A stretch of DNA of 64,000 bases, taken from IMG/VR virus record IMGVR_UViG_3300011008_000006, one strand, 5' to 3'. The notes beneath the pieces are model-generated. The model was not told where the DNA came from and made no database searches. It was given only the letters and a program-made list of their open reading frames with translations. This document shows positions 50,302 to 58,570 of the stretch, one piece after another (within the stretch, counting starts at the first letter, position 1; each line of letters opens with the position of its first letter). The DNA comes from a virus. Its lineage: Duplodnaviria; Heunggongvirae; Uroviricota; Caudoviricetes. Position numbers and translations under genes: made by a program.

Positions 50302-50460
50302 TGGTGGAAAGTGGGGGATTTGAACCCCAGGTGATGTGCGGACCACCTTCGGTGCGTGCAATTAAAATGCTCATATGACCCTTACGCATAGACCTCTGTT
50401 TGCCCGAGGCCGGTGACGATTGCCACAGCGGACGCTACCCTGATGCGTCAATCACTTCCC
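50302..50460 (-). ncRNA. about 159 nt elongated tRNA-like RNA with encoded CCA
   Basis: 5' GGGAAGT pairs with 3' ACTTTCC (7 bp, one G.U), followed by A-CCA. T-arm TGGGG-TTCAAAT-CCCCC. D-like stem GACGC/GCGTC with GG loop. About 95 nt internal GC-rich insert. Confidence 0.4.
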
Positions 50461-50646
50461 ATTAATAATTTCCCATTCATCTTCACCTGGGACAATAGCA
50501 CAACCGCCCCAAGTTCCATGAATTAGTCCCGCATCATCAATATATTTAACAATTCCTTCTTTTCCAGTATACTGTGGTTCACCAGACATAAAGATAATTC
50601 TAACTTTATCTCCAACCTTAGTCATCTTTTTCTCCCCTTTCAACAT
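50452..50646 (-). CDS. hypothetical small protein
   Basis: 64 aa ORF. Confidence 0.35.
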   Translation of the reverse strand: MLKGEKKMTKVGDKVRIIFMSGEPQYTGKEGIVKYIDDAGLIHGTWGGCAIVPGEDEWEIINGK

Positions 50647-50650
50647 ATTT

Positions 50651-50679
50651 ATTATAACATAATTTTAATATAATGTCAA
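50651..50679 (-). promoter_or_regulatory. consensus promoter for gene 50452..50646
   Basis: attata 50651-50656; tgtcaa 50674-50679. Confidence 0.6.
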
Positions 50680-50683
50680 TTAA

Positions 50684-50926
50684 TTATTCCCATTGAAATT
50701 TATTAATTTTTCTTGGAATATCATTATACCATTTTTTATGTGCGCCGCAATTGGGACAATAATGATATATTTTATTTAAGTCAATTTCTGTTTTAAAAAT
50801 ATCTGTACTATGAGATATTTTATGACAAGGATAATAAAATCCACATTTACAATAGGCATAAAAGGCACAATCACCTTTATATCTTCGTATATCCCAATTA
50901 TGATCAATTTGCCTACCTTTTCGCAT
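50684..50926 (-). CDS. hypothetical Cys-rich small protein
   Basis: 80 aa ORF. Confidence 0.3.
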   Translation of the reverse strand: MRKGRQIDHNWDIRRYKGDCAFYAYCKCGFYYPCHKISHSTDIFKTEIDLNKIYHYCPNCGAHKKWYNDIPRKINKFQWE

Positions 50927-50948
50927 AAAATCTCCTTAGAAACAAAAT

Positions 50949-50985
50949 AACTAGGAAATTATTCCTAGTTATTCAATTTTAAAGC
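50949..50985 (-). terminator. rho-independent terminator after the tRNA-Gly(GCC) unit
   Basis: aactaggaa / ttcctagtt stem. On the minus strand it is followed by TTATTTTGTTTCT. Confidence 0.55.
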
Positions 50986-51053
50986 GGCTAACCAGGCTCG
51001 AACTGGTGATGGATGCATGGCAAGCATCAATGTTACCGCTACACTATAGCCGC
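50983..51053 (-). tRNA. tRNA-Gly (anticodon GCC)
   Basis: Acceptor GCGGCTA/TAGCCGC, D-arm GTGT/ACAT, anticodon stem GATGC/GCATC, loop TTGCCAT, T-arm ACCAG-TTCGAGC-CTGGT. Confidence 0.8.
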
Positions 51054-51142
51054 ATAAAACTAGACCATTTAATTTGAGAAAGGATTTGTAGCAAAAATAT
51101 TTTCTTTAATTCATTAAATAATTGCTGTAATGGTCTAAACTA

Positions 51143-51237
51143 TGGCAACCCCTCTGGGAGTCGAACCCAGAACAACCTGCTTCAGAGGCATATCACGGTT
51201 TTAGAGACCGGTGCTCTACCAATTGAGCTAAGGGGCT
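51143..51237 (-). tRNA. amber-suppressor tRNA (anticodon CTA, reads UAG); type-II-like with about 24 nt variable region; G73; CCA encoded
   Basis: Minus-strand sequence AGCCCCT-TA-GCTC-AATTGGTA-GAGC-A-CCGGT-CTCTAAA-ACCGT-[GATATGCCTCTGAAGCAGGTTGTT]-CTGGG-TTCGACT-CCCAG-AGGGGTT-G-CCA. The anticodon loop is CTCTAAA, so positions 34-36 read CUA. Confidence 0.7.
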
Positions 51238-51327
51238 ATAATAAATAACACGACGATTTAAAATTAGCTACATAATTTAAAAGATTATTGCTTATATTAT
51301 TATAAAAATTTGCTGTAATCGTCGTAA

Positions 51328-51403
51328 TGGTCTCCCGTGAAGGATTTGAACCCTCATTAATAGATCCGTAGTCTATTGTCCTAGTCCATTAGACGAACGA
51401 GAG
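51328..51403 (-). tRNA. tRNA-Arg (anticodon ACG), CCA encoded
   Basis: Acceptor CTCTCGT/ACGGGAG, D-arm GTCT/GGAC, anticodon stem ATAGA/TCTAT, loop CTACGGA, T-arm GAGGG-TTCAAAT-CCTTC. Confidence 0.8.
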
Positions 51404-51543
51404 ATAGTGGAGGGAGAATATTTACGACCTTCTCCTCCCGTTACAGGTCCACTGACGTGCAAGTCTTCTAAGGTAACTTGTTCCCTTCACGTTTAGCTAA
51501 TGTTAAGAGTCGCCGCTATATGTCCCACGCTCTTAACATAATT

Positions 51544-51572
51544 ATTATAACATAATTTTAGAAAGAAGTCAA
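51544..51572 (-). promoter_or_regulatory. consensus promoter driving the tRNA-Arg / suppressor tRNA / tRNA-Gly unit
   Basis: attata 51544-51549; agtcaa 51567-51572. Confidence 0.6.
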
Positions 51573-51575
51573 ATA

Positions 51576-51905
51576 TTAATATTCCTTATATCCATAATGG
51601 GTAAGTAGTTGCCGCATATTCTGTACACCAACAGGATTCATACTATGGATGTGAAAACCGGCAAGTGGAATTCGGTGTTGAATAATAAACTTACAAATAT
51701 CATAACCAGAATATTCATAATTATCATCATCAAAACCAAGATCATGGTCAAGGTCAATGAAAATTTCATCTGTAAGATGTTGAGTGAGAACTTGTACAGT
51801 CTGATTATAATCGCGACAGATGATTAGACGCCACTCGGGATAAAGATTCATATTATAATAAGTATCATCATCACGAATATCATCTACGTAAATGTAAATT
51901 TTCAT
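51576..51905 (-). CDS. hypothetical protein
   Basis: 109 aa ORF; its 5' UTR shares a motif with the gene at 52015..52353. Confidence 0.35.
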   Translation of the reverse strand: MKIYIYVDDIRDDDTYYNMNLYPEWRLIICRDYNQTVQVLTQHLTDEIFIDLDHDLGFDDDNYEYSGYDICKFIIQHRIPLAGFHIHSMNPVGVQNMRQLLTHYGYKEY

Positions 51906-51989
51906 ATTGCTCCTTTCAATATAAAAGACACTTTGTTTAACAATTATTGCGGCCTTCTTTTCGTACTTCCGCCTGCTCCTCGCAATATT

Positions 51990-52018
51990 ATTATACTATA
52001 AATTTTATACAATGTCAA
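51990..52018 (-). promoter_or_regulatory. consensus promoter for gene 51576..51905
   Basis: attata 51990-51995; tgtcaa 52013-52018. Confidence 0.6.
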
Positions 52019-52353
52019 CTATTAAAATTATTAATTGTTTCTAACAAATAATTAATAATTTCTCTAATTGATTCAATAGTATAATCAATATTAGATTTAG
52101 TAGCTAATTCTGCAACCTGCATCTCAATTAACGTAGTTTTATTAGGAATAAAAATTGCTAATAAAATTAAAATTATAGGAATTATGTAAAAAATAATTTT
52201 CCATTTTGGGAATTTATTATTTTCTACTACGAATTCAATTAATGTAACTATAATACTAATACCATATAGCACTGAAAATACAATTAAAAATATTTTAAAA
52301 CCATCACAAACATTTAGCCAGTAGAACCACATTGGATTAATAATATAATTCAT
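52015..52353 (-). CDS. hypothetical membrane protein
   Basis: 112 aa, hydrophobic; preceded by a roughly 585 nt GC-rich leader. Confidence 0.35.
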   Translation of the reverse strand: MNYIINPMWFYWLNVCDGFKIFLIVFSVLYGISIIVTLIEFVVENNKFPKWKIIFYIIPIILILLAIFIPNKTTLIEMQVAELATKSNIDYTIESIREIINYLLETINNFNS

Positions 52354-52379
52354 TTAATACTCCTTTCTGTATAGAAAAC

Positions 52380-52965
52380 TCTCTGTTTAACAATTAGCGT
52401 GACCTTCGCCATACCAATTATCTTCTTCTTGTATATTATGCTACTATTGACCATTAGGCTGTAGCATGAGTAGCGACCTCATACCATCTAATAGCCGCGC
52501 TTTCGCGCCGAGAATAGGAAGGATTGTCTACCTTCAAGTTTCACCCAAGCCATTCAGCAATATGAAAAGAATTAAAACGCTTCTTTTTAATAACATATTC
52601 ATTTGCTGTCTTGAGCTACTCCAACCGTAAACCTCACTTATATGCCATTTCTGACTTTCACCGACAGTAGCGACTTGTGGTTATTTCCAGAGGTTGTATT
52701 GGCTACCACCCCAACACCTTATCTGGATTCGGCCTGGCTCTTAACCTAGCTTTCTATTGTGCCGCCGTGAGGAATCGTGCATTTACAAGCGAAGTAATCG
52801 GCGCCTACCCTTAACATTTGGAGTTTCTCCCTTATCGCTAACTATTACTAGTTTCGCGTCGCATACTTGAAAGTATCCCATCAAGGTCTGCGATGTTATC
52901 CAGGTAGCCCAAGCTGTGTGGCTAACACATCTTCACTTGGTTCGTAATTGCTAAACAGAGAGTTC
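52380..52965 (-). ncRNA. about 585 nt GC-rich structured RNA element in the 5' leader of gene 52015..52353, closed by an 18 bp terminal helix
   Basis: 5' end CTCTCTGTTTAGCAATTA and 3' end TAATTGTTAAACAGAGAG are reverse complements with one G.U. The paralogous leader of gene 51576..51905 has the same AATTGTTAAACA motif without the insert. No ORF. Confidence 0.45.
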
Positions 52966-52989
52966 TTTGTTTCCCTTTCTTACATATTT

Positions 52990-53018
52990 ATTATAACATA
53001 AATTTGGAAGAAAGTCAA
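52990..53018 (-). promoter_or_regulatory. consensus promoter driving the 585 nt structured leader and gene 52015..52353
   Basis: attata 52990-52995; agtcaa 53013-53018. Confidence 0.6.
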
Positions 53019-53329
53019 GTATTTAATTCATATTTTTCCTGTTCTTTTTCCCATTGACTTACTGGCGGAAAATAACGTCCACATAGTGGACAATGAAATA
53101 ATCTTTTATTATATCCGCCACCATTTGTTTCATATAGTATTGGATAATCTACTCTTAGATAAACTTCTGCTTCTGTTTCAACTGGAATATAATCACAAGT
53201 ATAGCCACCATGCCCATCATGACCTTCATAATGATAATTTACAATTTTATCATATTTAATACGTTTTTTAATACCTAATGGATAATATGGGCCATTACGA
53301 GGAGTATTTTTTTCACAGACGCAGGACAT
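53015..53329 (-). CDS. hypothetical zinc-binding protein
   Basis: 104 aa ORF with C..C...C..C. Confidence 0.35.
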   Translation of the reverse strand: MSCVCEKNTPRNGPYYPLGIKKRIKYDKIVNYHYEGHDGHGGYTCDYIPVETEAEVYLRVDYPILYETNGGGYNKRLFHCPLCGRYFPPVSQWEKEQEKYELNT

Positions 53330-53361
53330 ACTTTTACCTCTTTCTTCCTTTTATATATTTA

Positions 53362-53390
53362 TTATATCATAGATTTTGAGAAAAGTCAAA
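53362..53390 (-). promoter_or_regulatory. consensus promoter for gene 53015..53329
   Basis: attata 53362-53367; agtcaa 53385-53390. Confidence 0.6.
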
Positions 53391-53394
53391 TAAT

Positions 53395-53467
53395 GTCCAA
53401 TAAAGGATTTGAACCTTCAAAAACATGGTCCTTAGCCATGCGCGTCTGCCGTTGCGCCAATTGGACA
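53395..53467 (-). tRNA. type-I tRNA with anticodon AAG (second copy; identity unclear)
   Basis: Acceptor GTCCAAT/ATTGGAC, D-arm GCGC/ACGC, anticodon stem CATGG/CCATG, loop CTAAGGA, T-arm GAAGG-TTCAAAT-CCTTT. Confidence 0.5.
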
Positions 53468-53471
53468 TAGT

Positions 53472-53551
53472 AGCCCGCCTCAGATTTGAACTGAGAACCC
53501 GAAGGCACGCATTTTGAGTGCGCTGCGTAAACCAATTTCGCCAGCGGGCCA
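53472..53551 (-). tRNA. tRNA-Leu (anticodon CAA), type II
   Basis: Acceptor GGCCCGC/GCGGGCT, A73, 3-bp D-stem, anticodon stem GCGCA/TGCGT, loop CTCAAAA, variable arm GCCTTCGGGTT, T-arm CTCAG-TTCAAAT-CTGAG. Confidence 0.7.
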
Positions 53552-53559
53552 TACGTAAA

Positions 53560-53986
53560 TAGGCTGTTCGTCAAATTCCATTTAACATTGCGGGCATAGG
53601 GATTTCACCTTACCTCAGATTCATCATTCTGCACCTATTTACACAATAATTAGCTGTTCATCTAACTCCATTTACTACTGCTGCTTTTCCCGCGTGAGCA
53701 ATCTCAACACTGTCTTAGGATTTTTCCTCGGAATTTTTGATTGCTCTTGTTTCAGCGTACATCTCCACAAGGACTTAGCTGATTGGCTTCGTAGCACTAA
53801 TTATTTTACATAGGTTATTGTTCCACTATCAACTACTTACAGGGTCCTCTTACCCAAGCCAACAATAGGCTGGTTTTCAATACCATTTAACTTCTGCCTT
53901 TTGACGCCCAAGTCTTTTGGTACAGCTCATCAAACAGCACTCTTACCATATCCTTGATTCGTTACGAAAGTACCTATTTTCAAAAA
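53560..53986 (-). ncRNA. about 430 nt GC-moderate non-coding segment between the 134 nt tRNA-like RNA and tRNA-Leu
   Basis: No ORF; transcribed within the tRNA operon that starts at promoter 55627..55655. Confidence 0.3.
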
Positions 53987-54120
53987 TGGTGCTGGTGGCC
54001 GGACTCGAACCGGCACGCTCAAAGAGCATCAGATTTTAATGGTACTCGGCACTGGTGCTGCCCCAGCGAAAGTCACTGGACACCGAGTGTCTGAGGTGTC
54101 TGCCATTCCACCACACCAGC
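53987..54120 (-). ncRNA. about 134 nt elongated tRNA-like RNA with encoded CCA
   Basis: Acceptor GCTGGTG/CACCAGC (perfect) followed by A-CCA. T-arm GCCGG-TTCGAGT-CCGGC. About 60 nt extra GC-rich sequence between the D region and the T-arm. Overlaps spurious ORF 54055..54252. Confidence 0.4.
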
Positions 54121-54273
54121 ATGAATGCTACTATTAACCGTCGTAGCCACGTGCTCCCCTGGTACGCATTGTTAAGAGGCGTGGGCAAGTCTATTAAAAC
54201 TAGATACGCTTATCTTCCCGGAGCCGACCCGGTGCTTCAAAATACCGCTTGAGAAGAAAAATTGCTGACGTAT

Positions 54274-54344
54274 CTCGGCTTGGAGCGGCATACCCGATTT
54301 GAACGGGCGAAATTTGCTTGGAGGGCAAAGGTGTTACCACTACA
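54274..54344 (-). tRNA. tRNA-Gly (anticodon TCC)
   Basis: Acceptor GCGGCAT/ATGCCGC, D-arm GTGT/ACAC, anticodon stem TTTGC/GCAAA, loop CCTCCAA (C33 is unusual), T-arm GCCCG-TTCAAAT-CGGGT. Confidence 0.6.
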
Positions 54345-54424
54345 CTAATGCCGCATTGCCTACTTAACCCAATAGGTTTAGATATAAAAGTGATCTCTTA
54401 CGAGGGTAGAAAGAGAAGAGAGCA

Positions 54425-54661
54425 TTATTCTTCTTTTATTTGAGTTCCAGTTATAATACTACGCTTGTATTTAACATAATCAGGGTCTAGGCACTTATAC
54501 TTTACTGGCTTACTCGAATTAGGCACACGATCAAGTATAGAGCGAACAGGAGGATCGAATGATGTCTCCTTCGTGGGATATAGTAATTCGTCACGTGGGA
54601 CTCTGTCTTGTGGCGCATCTCTTCCATTCTTCCTTTTTTCTTTTATTTGAGTCTCAGTCAT
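54425..54661 (-). CDS. hypothetical protein with internal T.TQIKE repeat
   Basis: 78 aa ORF lying between tRNAs. Confidence 0.25.
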   Translation of the reverse strand: MTETQIKEKRKNGRDAPQDRVPRDELLYPTKETSFDPPVRSILDRVPNSSKPVKYKCLDPDYVKYKRSIITGTQIKEE

Positions 54662-54756
54662 AGTTATTCTTCCTTTTTTTATTTTAGTTTCCGTTATAAC
54701 GAGAAAGTAGTTTACCTACTTAACTCAATAAGCTAGAGTATCTTTAATAAAGGTAG

Positions 54757-54831
54757 TCGAGCATCTTCGATTCGAACGAAGCATCTCGCGCTTATCAGGC
54801 GCGCGCACTAAACCAACTGTGCTAATGCTCG
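54757..54831 (-). tRNA. tRNA-Ile (anticodon GAT)
   Basis: Acceptor CGAGCAT/ATGCTCG, D-arm GCAC/GTGC, anticodon stem CGCGC/GCGCG, loop CTGATAA, T-arm CTTCG-TTCGAAT-CGAAG. Confidence 0.8.
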
Positions 54832-54853
54832 ATAGCGGCTTTCGCCGCGTTAA

Positions 54854-55393
54854 TTAGGGCCACTCTCCTAATGGCATACCAAGACCAGCACGTTCAACAT
54901 TAGTATTATAAAATACACCTGCTGTTGCTGGGCCAGTAAGAAGTTCATTAGCAATAGTTTCGTATAGGGTACTAATAATACCGTGGCAATCATTCAGATT
55001 ATCTGCGGCAAATTGTACCACGCAATTATTAAATACTACATAAGTTGTACCAATCCACATATAACCTTCTTCTGCAGGACATACAGAATAAGCATAAGCA
55101 GGATTGCCGCTAAAAGCTGTATCAAATAGTTCAACCTTACTTGTAAAAGCGCGATTACTAGGTGTGCCATCAATAATAACCTTTAGAGAAATATTACCAA
55201 AATTAACTTCTTCTGGAAGAATCTGTAGTAAAGCCGCAACCTTATCGCCATTATTGCAAGCAAGTATTACAGTAGGATGACTACCAGAAAAATCACAATT
55301 GAAAGCAATCTGAGGGTCACCATCAAATAGAGCTTCAAGTTTACGAATTACAATAGTCCAAGGGGGTAAAATCTTTAAACGTACATCACTCAT
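54854..55393 (-). CDS. hypothetical protein
   Basis: 179 aa ORF lying between tRNAs. Confidence 0.4.
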   Translation of the reverse strand: MSDVRLKILPPWTIVIRKLEALFDGDPQIAFNCDFSGSHPTVILACNNGDKVAALLQILPEEVNFGNISLKVIIDGTPSNRAFTSKVELFDTAFSGNPAYAYSVCPAEEGYMWIGTTYVVFNNCVVQFAADNLNDCHGIISTLYETIANELLTGPATAGVFYNTNVERAGLGMPLGEWP

Positions 55394-55473
55394 ATTATAT
55401 ACCTCACATAATAAAATAGCAGTAGGTTGCTAGCCGCACATCGGTTTAGTCACCACTTTTGCTCAGGTGAGAG

Positions 55474-55544
55474 CGGCCGATGAGAGAATTGAACTCCCCT
55501 GGGGTGGTTAACAGCCACCTGCCATACCACTTGGCGAATCGGCC
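55474..55544 (-). tRNA. tRNA-Asn (anticodon GTT)
   Basis: Acceptor GGCCGAT/ATCGGCC, D-arm GCCA/TGGC, anticodon stem GGTGG/CCACC, loop CTGTTAA, T-arm GGGAG-TTCAATT-CTCTC. Confidence 0.8.
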
Positions 55545-55626
55545 ATATCATACCCGAAGGTATGATGACGGAGTTAATTTATGATTGGTAGTAAGAAGAG
55601 CGACCTTTTCTCTTTCTTACATATTT

Positions 55627-55655
55627 ATTATAACATAAATTTATATCTATGTCAA
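55627..55655 (-). promoter_or_regulatory. consensus promoter driving the tRNA-Asn ... tRNA-Leu unit
   Basis: attata 55627-55632; tgtcaa 55650-55655. Confidence 0.6.
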
Positions 55656-55799
55656 ATAATAATCTGGTAAATTTTCAAATTGTTTTAAATTAGAAATAAA
55701 GCGTTTTACATTTATATTTCTTATCCCTGCTCGTAATAGATGCTTCATTTTCTAACTAATAGCAATACCTAACGCATCTTCACTTTTACTTTCATATTT

Positions 55800-57323
55800 C
55801 TAATATACTTCAAAATAAAATTGCCTAATATAATACCAATTATCATATAATAAATCAGGCCGTTTTTTCGCGCATAATAGAAAACTTTCATATAATCCAA
55901 CAAATAATACATTTAATTCATTTAATAATACATATATATTTATATTATTTTTTTCTGCATTATCTATTACATGTTTAGCATTAGCCGCTAATCCAGCAAT
56001 TTGTTTTGTATAATAATATTCTTTTCCACCTGCATGAGTAATAGAATTAGCATCATAAGTATAGAAATAAATTGGATATTCATAAAATACTTTATGTTCT
56101 GTAGTATCATACATCTCAATATGATTTAAAATCATATCACAAGTATGATTAAAACCTATATCTTCATTAGAGTAAGAAGATTCTTTACAAAAATCAATAT
56201 CATATAATTCTAAAAATTCTCGCTTATAAATATGCCCGTGCATTAATGGATTCCAATCTGTACTAAATTGTTTATTTTCTTCATTATACCATTGATATAA
56301 ATATATATCTGGCATTGTATTATTTTTTATATCATTTAATATTCTATCAAGAACTTCATTTGAATATAAATAATCACCAGTATCAATAAACATAAGATAT
56401 GGATTACTAGTATTTTTTATACCTATTTCACGAGCAACACCAGGGCCAGAATTTTTCTTTAATGTTATCCAATTTACATATGGAAATAATGAAAATATTT
56501 TCTTCTTATAAGAAATTGGAGAAGCATCATCAATAATATTAATTGTAATTTCTTCTCGATTTGGAATACTCTTTAAAGTAGTAATTAATCCCTATTCATT
56601 ATTATAAGTCGGAATTATAATATCTAAATTAAAATTATCTTCTTTATTTCTTACTAATTCCATTTTTTCATAATAAGAAATAAGCGGCAAGTCTTGCCAT
56701 TTTTTTATTGCAGCATAATGAATAATTTTTCTATGTGAGGCTTTCTATGTATAATTATTTATATTATAATCTGCTGGCAAATTATAAATATAATTTTGAC
56801 ATAAAATATTAATTGCATCTTGCTCTGGATAACCTAATTTTATTGAATTAAGAAGATAAATAATTTCATCATCTTTTTTATCTTCTCTCATTTTTTTTAA
56901 ATTAAATAAAGCAACGCCAACATTAATATAAGTAAAGTCATCATATGTTTTATCTGGTTCAGGAACTGCCGCGACATAATAATTAGATATATCTATATCC
57001 CATAAATTAGATATATTCTCATTTATAATTGTATCAACATCTAATGATAAAATTGTATCTAACTATGGAAAAATTTTAGTAAAGGCTGCTTTTATTAGTG
57101 CCATATAAGTCCAAGAACTTTTATAATTTGGGCCATTCTTTCTAAAATAATTCTAATTACTTATATTTATACATTCTATTCCCTATGGTACTTCATAAGG
57201 AAAAATATCATCTTCAATAAGAAAATAAATTTTTTCTACATTAGAATGAATAAGTAATGATTTCGCCGCAATTACCATATTTTTATATAAATTTCTCGTA
57301 CCACAATAAACTGCTGCTCTCAT
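55800..57323 (-). CDS. two-domain glycosyltransferase (GT8-like plus GT2-like); 5 in-frame TAGs
   Basis: ORF 55800..56393 extends upstream through 5 TAGs to ATG 57321-57323 (RBS GGTGAT). DXD motifs LDVDTII (GT8-like) and IIDDAS (GT2-like). Confidence 0.5.
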
Positions 57324-57334
57324 TATATCACCAC

Positions 57335-58279
57335 TTATTCATAAGGGACATTAATATAATCTAATACTTCTTTTAATCCTAGGCCGCCTTCTTCCCAAGG
57401 ACGCATACAATATTCCCAAATTTTTGGATGTGATACCTTTAATTGTTGAAAACGATTTGGACATTTTTCACAATGTGCACCAAAACCACAAAAAATACAA
57501 CCAGTTCTTTTAATACCTGTTGTAGTCCAATTACCTTTTTTATCTTTTATAATATCACCATATAAAGGACAATATGGAATATTATATTTTACTAAATATT
57601 CTAAAATATCATTATCAGTCCAGAAAGATAATGGCTTACATGTAGGTTTATCGCTATCAAATAAATTACAACCGCTACGCATCCATTCATTACGACGAGC
57701 AATAGATTCAGATGCTAATGTTCCAAGAATTGGAAAACGACCAGTTTCTTTTGAATAGTGATGATTTGGTTGTTTTTTCATTACATCACAACAATAATCA
57801 CTAATTTTAAATGGTGCTTGAACTAAGAAATTCCATTTACCATCACCAAAACCAAATATTTTACTATCATATTCACCGCTCAAAAATTTTGCGCGTGCGG
57901 AATTAGGATTTCGTTTTGCAGTAGCAACATAGCCAGCAATTTTTTTACTTACAATTGGATAGCCAAATTCTTCAATTACTTGTCTAAACGTTTTCTTAGG
58001 TCTAATAACTTCTGTATTTTCGTGTGATTTTACAAATTCTTTTAGTTCTGGATATTCTAAGCCTGTGTCAATAAAAACAGCAGGAGTATCGGGAAATACA
58101 CGTCTTACTAAATCAAGTAAAACTGTACTATCTTTTCCACCGCTAAAAGCAACAAAAATCTTTCCATTAAAATGGTCACCAAATTCAAGAATCCTTGTCT
58201 AAGAAACTTGAATTTTTCTTTCTAGCGGCCATGCCTACATTTCTTTTAAATCAGTTGCGGTATATTTGTTTTCTGCCAT
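57335..58279 (-). CDS. PAPS-reductase-family PP-loop ATPase (CysH/DndC-like); 2 in-frame TAGs
   Basis: ORF 57335..57883 extends upstream through 2 TAGs to ATG 58277-58279. FSGGKDS PP-loop; C-terminal Cys cluster. Confidence 0.5.
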
Positions 58280-58544
58280 ATTATCACCATATAAAAAAAA
58301 TAAACTAGACGGTCTTTTTTAATGCGACCAACTACACCACGCGGCCGGAGCCCACCCGACCACGGAGGGAATCGAACCCTCGCCTTAATTTTACAGAATT
58401 ATTTTCAAAGAAAAAAATTGCTGACCCGTCTTATGGGCTATGGTGTAGCAAGTAAGATTTGAACTTACAGTGTTAGACGGCCCGTCGGCAAAAACATCTA
58501 ACAACTCTCCCGCGTAAGCATTACTTTGGTCGCTTACTGGTTGC

Positions 58545-58570
58545 CACATAAAAGCCGAGCACACCCTCGG
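58545..58570 (-). terminator. rho-independent terminator ending the 1.9 kb non-coding transcript
   Basis: Minus strand reads GCCGAG-GGTGTG-CTCGGC followed by TTTTAT. Confidence 0.55.

Noticed and set aside
50302-50460. Possible phage-encoded tmRNA (paired 5' and 3' ends, T-arm, CCA, internal GCA-AAC... frame).
   Set aside because: At about 159 nt it is less than half the size of a tmRNA. No convincing pseudoknots were seen. The putative tag (ANRGLCVRVI) lacks a typical degron end. It is treated as an elongated tRNA-like RNA instead.
49544-54120. Group I or group II introns interrupting tRNA genes.
   Set aside because: The inserts are 60-95 nt, far below group I size. They are not located in an anticodon loop. 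No P/Q/R/S core or domain V-like motif was seen.
49134-54252. ORFs 49134..49433, 49543..49788, 49892..50110, 50086..50361, 50113..50334, 53367..53574 and 54055..54252.
   Set aside because: They overlap tRNA genes or GC-rich structured-RNA islands, have Pro/Arg/Gly-rich translations typical of GC-rich non-coding sequence, and have no RBS.
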